DNA of 64,000 nt. Origin: a bacterium (GTDB lineage Bacteria; Myxococcota_A; Bradymonadia; UBA7976; UBA1532). Under the pieces are notes generated by a model, which saw only the letters and a program-made list of their open reading frames with translations, was not told the origin of the DNA and searched no databases. The position numbers were made by a program, and so were the translations under genes. The stretch covers positions 119,343 to 183,342 of the forward strand of contig JAUHYW010000003.1 in the NCBI GenBank assembly GCA_030426085.1, given 5' to 3'. Shown here one piece after another: positions 29,548 through 38,758 of this stretch (position 1 is the first letter of the stretch; each line of letters starts with the position of its first letter).

Positions 29548-30552
29548 GTGCGCACCCGCCCGGTCATCGCCCTCCTGCCGCTCGCCCTGGCGACGCTGCT
29601 GCTCGCCTGCGACGCCCGCCGCCGCCTGCCTCGACCGCTGGCGGACTACCTCGAGGCCGTCGAGGGCCACACCCGCGCGGTCGACGACGGCCCGGCGGTG
29701 CTCGACGGCCTGCCCCGCCCCCGGGCCCGCCGGATCGACATCCCCGACGGGCCCACGCTCGACGTGCGGGGCTTCCTCGGCATCCACGCCTGCGGGCTCT
29801 CGGAGGTGGTCGGCAACCGCAACAGCGCCCTGGGGCGGGTGATGACCTACAGCCAGCGGGCCCTGTACACGCTGCGCTTCATGGCGGTCGCCGAGCGCTG
29901 CGTGCCCCAGGTCGAGCCGCCACTGCGCGAGACCTTGCAGGCGGCGCTGGCCCACAAGGCGCGGCACCTGCCGGCGGACGTCTTCAACGCGGTCTGGGCC
30001 GGCCCCGAGATGGCGGTGCTGTTCTCGGCGGCGGACGGGCCCTATGACCCCGCCGCCGCGGCCCGGGCCCGGCGCTCGCTCGGGGCGCTGACCGACGCCG
30101 CCGAGGCCCTGCGCGCCCGCCGCCCGGCCGATCTCGAGGGCGCGCTCGGCCCGCTGCACGGCCTGCGGGTCGCCGGGGCCGCCCTGCGCCGGATGGCCCA
30201 CGCCCGCTACGTGCTCGCCTCGGTCACCGACCGCCTCGAATCGGTCGACGCCGCCGACTGCCCGACGGCGGGGGCCGCGCTGCGGGCCGTCTTCGAGGCG
30301 CACTACGTGAAGCGGGTGCAGCCGCTGCTCGCCGAGAACGATCGGAGCATCCGCCCGCTGCTCGCCAGCCTCGAGCGGCTGTATCGGGTGACGGCCGTCG
30401 GGGTCGAGACGCCGCCGGCGCTGGCCGGATTCCGGGCGACGTATCTGGCCGAGGGCGGCCTGCGGGCGCGTTACGTCGCGGCGCTGAGGGCCCACGCCGC
30501 CGCCTGGAAGACGCTGTTCGCCCGGTGCGGGCAGCCGGCGCCCGGCGGGTGA
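29548..30552 (+). CDS. hypothetical lipoprotein
   Basis: GTG start. Signal plus lipobox PLALATLLLAC|D. Mostly helical. Divergent from the methyltransferase gene. Confidence 0.55.
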   Translation: MRTRPVIALLPLALATLLLACDARRRLPRPLADYLEAVEGHTRAVDDGPAVLDGLPRPRARRIDIPDGPTLDVRGFLGIHACGLSEVVGNRNSALGRVMTYSQRALYTLRFMAVAERCVPQVEPPLRETLQAALAHKARHLPADVFNAVWAGPEMAVLFSAADGPYDPAAAARARRSLGALTDAAEALRARRPADLEGALGPLHGLRVAGAALRRMAHARYVLASVTDRLESVDAADCPTAGAALRAVFEAHYVKRVQPLLAENDRSIRPLLASLERLYRVTAVGVETPPALAGFRATYLAEGGLRARYVAALRAHAAAWKTLFARCGQPAPGG

Positions 30553-30568
30553 GCCGCCGGCCCGGACG

Positions 30569-31876
30569 TCAATCCAGCGGGGCCACCAGCGAGGCGCTGC
30601 TCTCGTCCTCGTTGGCGGTCACGATCAGCCCCGAGTCGTGGGCCGAGATGCCCTCGGTGCCCAGGGTGCTCTCCTCGGCCTTCGACGCCTCTTCGCCGGC
30701 CCCCACCTTGACCATGCTGACCGGGTAGATCGCGGCCGGGTCGCTCAGATCCCAGACCCCGACCGCGCCGCTGTGCTTGAGCGAGATGGCGGCGTAGGGC
30801 GCCCCGTCATAGGTGAAGGTCGACACCGAGTCGGGGCGGAACGCCGCCGGGGACGCGGCCCGGGGGAAGCCCTCGGGCACCACCTCGGGGGTGATCGCGG
30901 CGGTGCCCAGCAGGGTCCCGTCGAGGGCGAGCGTATAGAGCAGGTCGTTGTACTCGCCGGTGACGATCAGCCGCTCGACGCCGCCGGCGTCGGTGAAGAC
31001 GTCGACGCCATCGGGCCACGGCTCGTGGCCGCCGTCGGCGTCGGGCAGGCGCACCACGGTCAGATCGGCGGCCGACACCTCGGCCACGTCGTCGCCGGCC
31101 CCGGCCAGCAGGGCGGCGCGGGAGAAGATGAGCACCTCGTGGCTGTCCTGCAGGGTCGCGGCGACGGTGTCGTTGTCCTCGGCGAAGATGATCTGCTCCG
31201 GCTCGCGGCGGGCCTCGTCGGCGCCGGTGGTCATGTCGACCCGGGCCCGGATCCGGGCCGCGGCGGGGTCGGCCCCGGGCAGCTCGATGAGCGAGATCGA
31301 GGCCTCGACCCCCTCGACGGCGCACTTCTCGTCGAAGTCCTTCTCGTCGGCGGTCACCACCCAGCCGTCGTCGGGGCTGATGTCGACCGCGTCGGGCATC
31401 GGGCCCACCGGCAGCTCGGCGAGCACCGCGCCGAACGCGTCGCTGTCGGAGACGTCCACGAAGACCAGCGACCCCTGACAGTCGACCAGCGCGCCGGCCC
31501 CGTCGGTGATCGGGCGGGTGCGGGTCACCGCGGCGAAGCGGGCCTGCGAGTCGAAGTCGATGTGGGTGAACTCGCTCTCCGAGGTGTCATCGGCGAAGAG
31601 GTTCGCCGAGCGCAGCTCGGTCAGCCCGCCCGCCGAGACATCGAGCAGCGTCACCTTGCGGGTCTTGCTCGCCACCAGCACCGCCCGGGTGCCATCGGGC
31701 AGCAGCTTGATGACCTCGCTGTTGTCGCCCGACCCGAACTCGAGCGTCGTGACGTGCCGGCCCTGATAGACCGGCTCGGCGGGGATGGCATCTTCGCTGC
31801 TCTCGCAGCCGGCGAGGCATACCATCGAGATGACACCGAACAGGGTGATGGGATGCGCGCGATGGGTGGGGGGCAT
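30569..31876 (-). CDS. lipoprotein, probable beta-propeller fold
   Basis: Lipobox LAGC|ES. Repeated beta-rich segments. 10 nt downstream of the OMP gene, so a likely operon. Confidence 0.6.
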   Translation of the reverse strand: MPPTHRAHPITLFGVISMVCLAGCESSEDAIPAEPVYQGRHVTTLEFGSGDNSEVIKLLPDGTRAVLVASKTRKVTLLDVSAGGLTELRSANLFADDTSESEFTHIDFDSQARFAAVTRTRPITDGAGALVDCQGSLVFVDVSDSDAFGAVLAELPVGPMPDAVDISPDDGWVVTADEKDFDEKCAVEGVEASISLIELPGADPAAARIRARVDMTTGADEARREPEQIIFAEDNDTVAATLQDSHEVLIFSRAALLAGAGDDVAEVSAADLTVVRLPDADGGHEPWPDGVDVFTDAGGVERLIVTGEYNDLLYTLALDGTLLGTAAITPEVVPEGFPRAASPAAFRPDSVSTFTYDGAPYAAISLKHSGAVGVWDLSDPAAIYPVSMVKVGAGEEASKAEESTLGTEGISAHDSGLIVTANEDESSASLVAPLD

Positions 31877-31886
31877 GGGTCCTCCG

Positions 31887-33161
31887 TCAGAAGCGCAGTT
31901 CGAACTGCGCGGTGAGCTCGTCGTTGTCGAAGTGATCGCTGCCCAGGCCGGCCAGCGGGGGGTCGCCGTCGCCCTCGACGATCTCGCCGACGACGCTGTA
32001 TTCGAGGTGCAGGGTCACGATGTCGCGATAGATCGCCAGCTCGACCGCCGCGGTGGCGATGTCCCAGTCCCAGGTCAGCGCCTTGCCCGCCGACTGCGCC
32101 CGCAGCCGGGCGCCGTCGACGATGCGATAGGTCTCCAGCCGGACGCGGGGCGCGATGAGCGTCAGCCAGTCATCGGAGAGCGCCGGCCGGATGCGATAGC
32201 CGAGCTGGGTGTAGGCGGTCCACCGCCGCAGCAGGCTCTCGGCGCCGGTGATGGCTTCGACCCTCAGCTCGGCCCCGGCGAGGTCGAGGTCGAGGCGGCC
32301 GCCGACCCAATAGTAGGTCGAGTCGGCCTCGAGCGCGTCCCGCCGGGCCCGGGGGGTGTAGTACGGGATGTTGTTGGCCAGCTCGGCGGTGCCCGCCTCC
32401 CGGGACAGCGCGCCGAGGTGGGCGAAGCCCTCCAGCGAGAGCGCCTCGTCGAGCGCCGAGACCCCGCCCCGCGCGCCGAAGACCGGCTGCACCCCGGAGA
32501 ACGCGTCGGCCGGGCCGTTGTGCAGCACCGCCACGGTCCCCCCGCCCCCGCCGGCGTCGTTGACCGGGGTCGTGCCCAGCGGGCGCATCATCGCCCCGCT
32601 CACCCCCAGCCAGGCCTTCACCGGCCCCAGCGGCGCGCTGACCTCGACGGCGGCGTGCATCTCGGGTTGATCCCAGTAGATGCGCTCGGCGAGCGGCTTG
32701 CGCACGGTGCGCCGGTCGGTGGCCGCCAGGGGCGCGTGCAGGCCCAGCTCGCCGTGCAGCGCCAGCCCGCCGGCGAACGCGTGGCGCGCGTCGAGCCAGG
32801 CCCCCTCGACGAAGGCCCGCTCGGGGGTGAACCGGAGCTGGCTGTAGAACGCCAGCGGGCCGGGGGTCTCGAGGCGGAAGGCCAGCCGGGCCCGGTCGAG
32901 CGCGGCGTAGGCCGAGCGGGTGCCGATGGTGGCGGTGTCGGTGGCGCTGTCGGTGCCGGCGCCGCCCGCGCCCTCCAGATCGTAGAGCCCGACCCGGGTG
33001 TCGCCCTTGACGACCAGCCGCAGGCCGTCTTCGGAGACCAGCGCGAAGCGGGCCGGGGCCCGGGTGTCGTCGAACGCGTCGTAGGCGTGGGCCGGGCCGG
33101 CGAGGATCGGCAGCAGGAGCAGCGGCAGGGCGCGGGGGGGCATGGGCGCTCCCCGGATCAC
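31887..33161 (-). CDS. outer-membrane beta-barrel protein (porin-like)
   Basis: Signal peptide MPPRALPLLLLPILAGPAHA. Alternating amphipathic beta-strands. C-terminal ...FELRF aromatic terminus typical of OMPs. Second ATG at 33143 is an alternative start. Confidence 0.65.
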   Translation of the reverse strand: MIRGAPMPPRALPLLLLPILAGPAHAYDAFDDTRAPARFALVSEDGLRLVVKGDTRVGLYDLEGAGGAGTDSATDTATIGTRSAYAALDRARLAFRLETPGPLAFYSQLRFTPERAFVEGAWLDARHAFAGGLALHGELGLHAPLAATDRRTVRKPLAERIYWDQPEMHAAVEVSAPLGPVKAWLGVSGAMMRPLGTTPVNDAGGGGGTVAVLHNGPADAFSGVQPVFGARGGVSALDEALSLEGFAHLGALSREAGTAELANNIPYYTPRARRDALEADSTYYWVGGRLDLDLAGAELRVEAITGAESLLRRWTAYTQLGYRIRPALSDDWLTLIAPRVRLETYRIVDGARLRAQSAGKALTWDWDIATAAVELAIYRDIVTLHLEYSVVGEIVEGDGDPPLAGLGSDHFDNDELTAQFELRF

Positions 33162-33323
33162 CGGCGGGATCGGGCGGGGCCGATCGCGCGTCGCATCCCT
33201 CCGCCGGCATGATCCGGATCAGGTTCTGCGGATATCTCTCAGCCCCCGGCCATCGAGGGCACTCCGAGCGACGCGGGCGGACTGTGGACCACCGGGTCGG
33301 CCGGGGTCAAGGGGGGCCCGAGG

Positions 33324-34553
33324 TCAGTCGTGCAGCGGGGCCGCGTCGACCGCGCCCTCGACCCGGGTGTGGGTGCGCCACGGCCGGGCGACATCGACCA
33401 CCGTCTCTTCGACCCCGCCGTCGGGCAGCGGGCGGCTCGAGTAGCGATAGTGGGCCAGCGCGTCGGGCTGGGCGACGAGCAGCGCCTCGCGGTCCACCCG
33501 GCCGACCCGCCACGCGAGCAGGTCGAGCTCGAGCCGCTCGAGCCCCTGCATCGCGGCCAGCTCGGCGAAGTCGCCCCCGTCGAGCGCGCAGTCGCGCAGG
33601 TCGAGCCGGGTGATGCCCAGGCCCCGGAGGTGGGTCAGGCCGCCGCTGACGGCGACCCCCCGCAGCGCCAGCGCGCGGGGGGCGGTCGCGGTGTGGAACA
33701 CCATCAGATCGGTCGGCACCAGCGCCGGGCTGTGGGAGACGTCCAGCGCGGCCAGCGCGGGCAGCCCCACCGTCAGGGTCAGCGCCCCGCCGTCGAAGGC
33801 GGCGCAGCCCTCGAGCCGCAGCCGGGTGAGGCGCCGCAGGCGGGCCAGGGCGATCGGATCGGGCCCCGGGCCGCCGATGATCTCCAGCGTGCGCAGCCCG
33901 CGCAGGGCGCCCAGGCCGGGCAGCGGGCCGGCGGGCTCGACGATCAGGGCCTCCAGCCCGGTGAGCGCCTTCAGCGGGGCGGCGTCGAGCGGGGCCGATC
34001 CGAAGATCCGCAGGCGGCGGAGGACCGGGCCGGCGAAGCGGTCGGCGAGCGCGCCGGTCGCGGTCGGGCCGCGCACCGTCAGGTCGCTCACCGCCACCGG
34101 GTCGATCGCCGCCAGCCACGGATCGGGGTCGGGCGCCTCCAGCCGGAAGCGGCTCGGGGCGGGCCAGCCGGACAGCGCCGGGCGGGCCTCGGGAGGCGGC
34201 TCGACAAGGCCCAGCCCCTCGAGGCCATGGTCGGCGGGGGCCTTCAGGTCGGCCGCGGTCAGCCGGGTCGGGCGCACGAGGTCGATCGAGCGCAGCCCGG
34301 GGAACGCCACCGCCAGCGCCGGCCAGCGCCCGGCGAGCCCCGCGGTCCGCACCAACTCCAGCCGGCGCACCGAGGGCAGCGGCGGGCCGGCGAGCGCCGC
34401 CGGGTCGTCGAGCATGAGCCTCAGCGCGCGCAGGGCGGGCAGGTTGCGGGCGATGCGGTCGAGCGCGCCCGGCTGGAGCAGCCCCGCGTCCAGGGCGGCG
34501 GTGTCCCGGGGCAGGTCGGGCAGGTGCTGGAGGGTGGGGGTCTCGCCGCGCAT
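33324..34553 (-). CDS. leucine-rich repeat (LRR) protein
   Basis: Repeated LxxLxxLxLxx units (LRALRLMLDD, LRRLRIF, LTGLEALIVE, LRGLRTLEI, LTRLRLEG, LRGLGITRLDLRDC). Start at the internal ATG with GGGAGG RBS. The upstream track ORF portion is non-coding-like. Confidence 0.7.
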   Translation of the reverse strand: MRGETPTLQHLPDLPRDTAALDAGLLQPGALDRIARNLPALRALRLMLDDPAALAGPPLPSVRRLELVRTAGLAGRWPALAVAFPGLRSIDLVRPTRLTAADLKAPADHGLEGLGLVEPPPEARPALSGWPAPSRFRLEAPDPDPWLAAIDPVAVSDLTVRGPTATGALADRFAGPVLRRLRIFGSAPLDAAPLKALTGLEALIVEPAGPLPGLGALRGLRTLEIIGGPGPDPIALARLRRLTRLRLEGCAAFDGGALTLTVGLPALAALDVSHSPALVPTDLMVFHTATAPRALALRGVAVSGGLTHLRGLGITRLDLRDCALDGGDFAELAAMQGLERLELDLLAWRVGRVDREALLVAQPDALAHYRYSSRPLPDGGVEETVVDVARPWRTHTRVEGAVDAAPLHD

Positions 34554-34615
34554 CGCGCCTCCCGGTGAGGGGACATCATCCCCCGGATGGGGGCGCGAGT
34601 ACACCGGGTGCGCGA

Positions 34616-35074
34616 TCAGAGGCCGCCCAGGATGGGGCCCCGGGCCTGTTCGAGCATCGCGGCGGTCGCCTTGCGCACGCTCTCGTCGCTCTGCCCGTTG
34701 GCCCAGTTGCTGTGCGAGCCGATCGAGTGCTGAGGCCCGGTCTTGCCGGTGAGGATGAGCACGCCCTGCTTGATGTAGGCGAAGCCCGAGACGACGTCCG
34801 ACTTCTTGGTGGTGGGCTTCTTGACCAGGCACAGGTACGCCTGGAGCATCTGGCTGACGATCTCCTTGCGGACCTTCGCCGCGCTCTGTCCCCGGGCCCA
34901 GCCGGTGTGTGAGCCGATGGAGTGCTGTGCGCCCTGGTTGGCGCAGAGGAAGAGCTGGCCGTGCTTGACGTGGGCGAAGCCGTCATCGAGGGCCTGCTTG
35001 CTCTGGGCCGAGGCCGAGGCGGCGAAGCAGAGGGTGAGCAGCAGCGCGGCGAGCGGCGCGAGGGTGCGGGTCAT
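34616..35074 (-). CDS. secreted protein made of two tandem ~50-aa repeats
   Basis: Signal peptide MTRTLAPLAALLLTLCFAASASA. Repeat 1 FAHVKHGQLFLCANQGAQHSIGSHTGWARGQS...; repeat 2 FAYIKQGVLILTGKTGPQHSIGSHSNWANGQS... Start placed by frame arithmetic from the track ORF, about 1 nt uncertain. Confidence 0.6.
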   Translation of the reverse strand: MTRTLAPLAALLLTLCFAASASAQSKQALDDGFAHVKHGQLFLCANQGAQHSIGSHTGWARGQSAAKVRKEIVSQMLQAYLCLVKKPTTKKSDVVSGFAYIKQGVLILTGKTGPQHSIGSHSNWANGQSDESVRKATAAMLEQARGPILGGL

Positions 35075-35150
35075 GGGGCGGGCTCCTGGATGTGCGGGTC
35101 GGGGTGACGCCTGTGACGGCACATCACAGTAGGTTGGGGGCACCCGTCCG

Positions 35151-36272
35151 TCAATCCGGGGATCGGGGCTCCGCCTCGGGCCAGCGGTCGAGCGCGCGCA
35201 GCAGCAGCGAGGGGTATTCGCTCTGGAGGATGTGGGCCCCCTCGGCGTAGCGCGCCCGGTAGAGGTCGAGGTCGCCCCGGAACAGCGCGGCGCCGTCCTC
35301 GCCGAAGGCGTTGGCGAAGACCTTCGAGCCGGCGGCCCGGATCGCGGGGGCCATCTCGGGCACGCGCGCGCCGGGGATCTCGACGACCTCCGGCGGGCGG
35401 TCGAAGAGGGCCAGCGCCTCGGCGTACTCCTCGGGGGTGTCGGGGCGGATCTGGATCCGGATCTCGGGGGCCAGCGCCCGGGCCCGGGCGGCGCGCTCGG
35501 GGCTGCTGACCGAGATGAAGACCTCGTCGATCAGATCGGCGGCCCGGATGGCCTCGACGACGAGGTCGACCCGGCTGGTCTTGGTGTCGAGGTCGATGAA
35601 CAGCCGGCCCCGGGTCAGGGCGAACGCCTCCTCGAGCGTGGGCACCGTCTCGCAGCCGAAGTCGCCGGGGATGTCGTCCCGGGTGAACGGCAGAAGCGGC
35701 ACCTCGACCAGCTCGGCGGCGGTGAAGTCGTCCACGGCGCCGTCGAGGCCGGTGGTCCGGGCGAGCGAGCTGTCGTGCATCAGGACGAGCCGGTCGTCGG
35801 ATGTGTGGCGCACGTCGAGCTCGACGCCGTCGAGGCCCATCACCCGCGCGGCCCGGATGGCGGCGAGGCTGTTCTCGGGGGCCACGGTGCCGAGCTGGCC
35901 CCCGGCGCCCCGGTGGCCCACGACCATCGAGGCGTCGCAGTCGGGGTCGAGCACGCAGCCGAGCGGCACCGGGGAGATCCGGCCGGGGTCGACGAAGTCG
36001 GCGGTGCAGTCGAAGGTCTCCGGCGGGGGGCCCTCGGCCCGGGGCAGCGGCGGCAGATCGGGCGGTCGGGGGGCCGCGTCGGGGTCGGCGTCGGGTCGGG
36101 AGGCCGCGTCGGGGGTGGTGTCGGGCCCGGCGTCGGCCGGCGCGGGCGCCGCGTCGGGTCCGGCGTCGATGGCCGCCGGGGCGGCGTCGGGCCCGGCCTC
36201 GACGGCCTCTTCGCCGCAGGCCACCAGCGCCCCGGCGAGCGCGGCGAAGGCGAGCAGGGCCCGGATCGGCAT
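35151..36272 (-). CDS. glycerophosphodiester phosphodiesterase (GDPD family) lipoprotein
   Basis: Lipobox LVAC|G. Pro/Asp/Ala-rich linker. GDPD motifs HRGAGG, ENSLAAIRAA, GVELDVRHTSDDRLVLMHD. ATG overlaps the upstream stop (TGATG). Confidence 0.8.
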   Translation of the reverse strand: MPIRALLAFAALAGALVACGEEAVEAGPDAAPAAIDAGPDAAPAPADAGPDTTPDAASRPDADPDAAPRPPDLPPLPRAEGPPPETFDCTADFVDPGRISPVPLGCVLDPDCDASMVVGHRGAGGQLGTVAPENSLAAIRAARVMGLDGVELDVRHTSDDRLVLMHDSSLARTTGLDGAVDDFTAAELVEVPLLPFTRDDIPGDFGCETVPTLEEAFALTRGRLFIDLDTKTSRVDLVVEAIRAADLIDEVFISVSSPERAARARALAPEIRIQIRPDTPEEYAEALALFDRPPEVVEIPGARVPEMAPAIRAAGSKVFANAFGEDGAALFRGDLDLYRARYAEGAHILQSEYPSLLLRALDRWPEAEPRSPD

Positions 36273-37174
36273 CAGGCCCCGTCGCAGTCGACCCGGAAGT
36301 CGGGGCTCGCCGCCCGGCTCAGGTCGATGGTCGGTCCGCAGGTGGTCTGGCTGCACACGGTGGCCGACAGCGCCGCGTTCTCGGCGCAGCGGTCGAGGCA
36401 GTTGCCCTCGACCCGCGCCCGGGCGGCCGGCTCCAGCGCGGGGCAGAAGTCGGCCGAGACCGCGCAGTCGGTGAAGTAGGCGCAGGCCGCCACGCAGCGG
36501 GCGTCGCCGTCGCCGTCGGGGCACATCGGGCCGTCGGTGGGGGCCGGCTCGGGCGCGTCGCCGCCGCAGGGGGGGCAGACGGTCACCAGGGGCAGCCCCT
36601 CGAGCGGGCCGTCGACGGCGGTCGTGCCCCAGGTGCTGCCGCTGATGTCGAACATGACCGGCTGCTCCAGGGCGCCGAGCAGCTCGCCGCACAGCCCGCC
36701 GGCCCGTCGGATCTGGCCGTGCAGTTCGAAGTCGACGGCGATGGGCACCCCCGAGATGGCGTTGGCCTCGCCCGGCGCGCTGCGCAGGCCATAGGGCAGC
36801 GCGAAGGTGCCGTCCTCGGCGACGGGCACCGGATCGTTCGTCCACGGCGCGCCCGCCGGAGCCCGGGTGACCGCGTCGAGCGGCTGGAGGTCGATGTCGA
36901 TGGTCGAGCCGTCGGCGGGCGTGGTCACCGTGGCCAGGAAGACGAGCGGCCGGCTGGCGTCGAGCACCGTCGCCACCCCGATGAGCCACTGCCCGCTGCG
37001 GTCGGCGGGCCCGGTGCAGCCCTCGACGACGACCCCCATGTCGGGGGGCGGCGGGCGATCACCGATGAAACGGCGGGTGGCGGCGTCCGGATCGGGGCAG
37101 CCGGTCAGCGTCCAGACCATGGCGCCCGCGATATACGTGACGGGCCACCATTTTGACAGTCTGGACGGGAGCAT
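36272..37174 (-). CDS. Cys-rich lipoprotein
   Basis: Signal plus lipobox MVWTLTGC|PD. About 20 Cys in the C-terminal half (CPPCGGD, CPDGDGDARCVAACAYFTDC...). TGATG-coupled to the GDPD gene. Confidence 0.6.
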   Translation of the reverse strand: MLPSRLSKWWPVTYIAGAMVWTLTGCPDPDAATRRFIGDRPPPPDMGVVVEGCTGPADRSGQWLIGVATVLDASRPLVFLATVTTPADGSTIDIDLQPLDAVTRAPAGAPWTNDPVPVAEDGTFALPYGLRSAPGEANAISGVPIAVDFELHGQIRRAGGLCGELLGALEQPVMFDISGSTWGTTAVDGPLEGLPLVTVCPPCGGDAPEPAPTDGPMCPDGDGDARCVAACAYFTDCAVSADFCPALEPAARARVEGNCLDRCAENAALSATVCSQTTCGPTIDLSRAASPDFRVDCDGA

Positions 37175-37275
37175 GATACCGGCCTTGAATGGGGCTGACG
37201 GGGGTCGGGAGCCCCCCGGGAGTCTGCGACGCCCGCCCGCATCCTGTCAATCTCGCCCACCGGGGGGGTCTCGCC

Positions 37276-38721
37276 GTGTCCCGCGCGTCGGCCATCGTCG
37301 CCCTGCTGCTCTCGGTGTCGCTGGCGTCCCCCGCCGCGGCCGGCGGCTTCCTCGTGGCCCGCTTCGGCGGCGAGCACGGGCACGTCACCACCGACAACCC
37401 CACCGCGCTGTATTACAACCCCGCCGCGCTGACCCTGGTCGGCGGCTCCCGGCTCTACATCGACGGCACCATCGCCTGGCGCAGCCTGGTCTTCGAGCGT
37501 GATCCGGCGGCGATCGACAACCCGCTCGAGCCGGGGGAGCGGGCGGCGGGCACCCCGGCCGATCTGGTCGCGGCCAACAGCGGCGAGGGGCGGCTGTCGG
37601 CCGTGGGCGCGGCGCCGTTCATCGGCTTCGCCAGCGACCTGGGCGTCGAGGGGCTGGCGGTCGGCCTGGGCTACTACGTGCCGTTCGGCGGCGGCTCCAC
37701 CTGGGAGCAGGCCGATCCGATCCCCGGCCACCCGGGCGCGGTCGACGGGCCCCAGCGGTGGTGGGCCATCGCCGGCAGCGTGCGCACCTCGTACCTGACC
37801 GCCGCCAGCGCGTTCCACATGCCCGACCTGCGGCTGTCGCTGGGCATGGCGTTCAACCTGACCCAGAGCATCGTGCACACCACCCGGGCCCGCAACGCCT
37901 CGGGCCACGACCACATGGTCGACGTCAACGGCAACTTGCAGGAGGGCCGGGCGCTCGTCGAGGCCGAAGGCTGGGAGCCGGCCCTGGGGCTGGGGCTCTT
38001 GTGGGAGCCGACGCCGGGCCGGATCTGGGTCGGCCTGAGCTATCAAAGCCAGCCCAACTTCGGCCCCAGCGAGCTGGAGGGCGAGGCCCTCATCGTGCAG
38101 GCGCTCGCCCCGCCCCAGACCTCGGTGGTCAAGCTGTTCCACGAGTACCCCGACGTGTGGCGCCTGGGCCTGCGTTGGCGGGCCTCGGCCCACAGCGAGC
38201 TGCGGCTCGAGGCGAGCTATCAGCGGTGGAGCGTGCTCGATACCCAGTGCGTCATCGACGTCGAGGCGGGCCAGAAGTGCGACGGCAGCACGGCGGTGGT
38301 CGCGCTGCTGCCCCGCTACTGGGAGGACACCATCAACCTGCGCCTCGGCGGCTCGTACTGGCCCACCGAGCACCTCGAGGCGACCTTCGGCCTCGGCTTC
38401 GACGAGAGCGCGGTGCCCGATCACACCCTCGAGCCGGGTCTGTACGACGCCGACAAGGTCACCGCGACGCTGGGGGCCAAGGTGATGCTGCTCGACGATG
38501 CGCTGGGGCTCACGTTGATGTATACCCAGGTGCTCAACTTCCCGCGCACGATCGCCCCCCGGGGGCGGGTCGTCGACCGGGCCGGCGGCGACGGCGAGGC
38601 GGTCACCGAGACCGACATCGCCGCCGTCGGCCTCGAGCGGGCCGAGCGCAACCCCGACGCGGCGGGTCGCTACGACTCGACGACCGGGGCGTTCAACGTG
38701 AGCCTGGAGTACCGCTTCTGA
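37276..38721 (+). CDS. outer-membrane transport protein of the FadL/OmpP1/TodX family
   Basis: Signal peptide. N-terminal hatch motif GGFLVARFGGEHGHVTTDNPTALYYNPAALT. C-terminal EYRF. GTG start chosen just upstream of the signal peptide. Confidence 0.8.
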   Translation: MSRASAIVALLLSVSLASPAAAGGFLVARFGGEHGHVTTDNPTALYYNPAALTLVGGSRLYIDGTIAWRSLVFERDPAAIDNPLEPGERAAGTPADLVAANSGEGRLSAVGAAPFIGFASDLGVEGLAVGLGYYVPFGGGSTWEQADPIPGHPGAVDGPQRWWAIAGSVRTSYLTAASAFHMPDLRLSLGMAFNLTQSIVHTTRARNASGHDHMVDVNGNLQEGRALVEAEGWEPALGLGLLWEPTPGRIWVGLSYQSQPNFGPSELEGEALIVQALAPPQTSVVKLFHEYPDVWRLGLRWRASAHSELRLEASYQRWSVLDTQCVIDVEAGQKCDGSTAVVALLPRYWEDTINLRLGGSYWPTEHLEATFGLGFDESAVPDHTLEPGLYDADKVTATLGAKVMLLDDALGLTLMYTQVLNFPRTIAPRGRVVDRAGGDGEAVTETDIAAVGLERAERNPDAAGRYDSTTGAFNVSLEYRF

Positions 38722-38758
38722 TCGCCGCCCGCCCGAACCGCCGCGCCCGGTCGCTCCG

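Noticed and set aside
36050-36250. Possible CRISPR-like or interspersed repeat array (recurring ggcgtcgggcccggc units)
   Set aside because: The repeats are in-frame codons for a (PDAAP)n linker inside the GDPD lipoprotein gene. There are no unique spacers and no cas genes. No CRISPR array was seen anywhere in the window.
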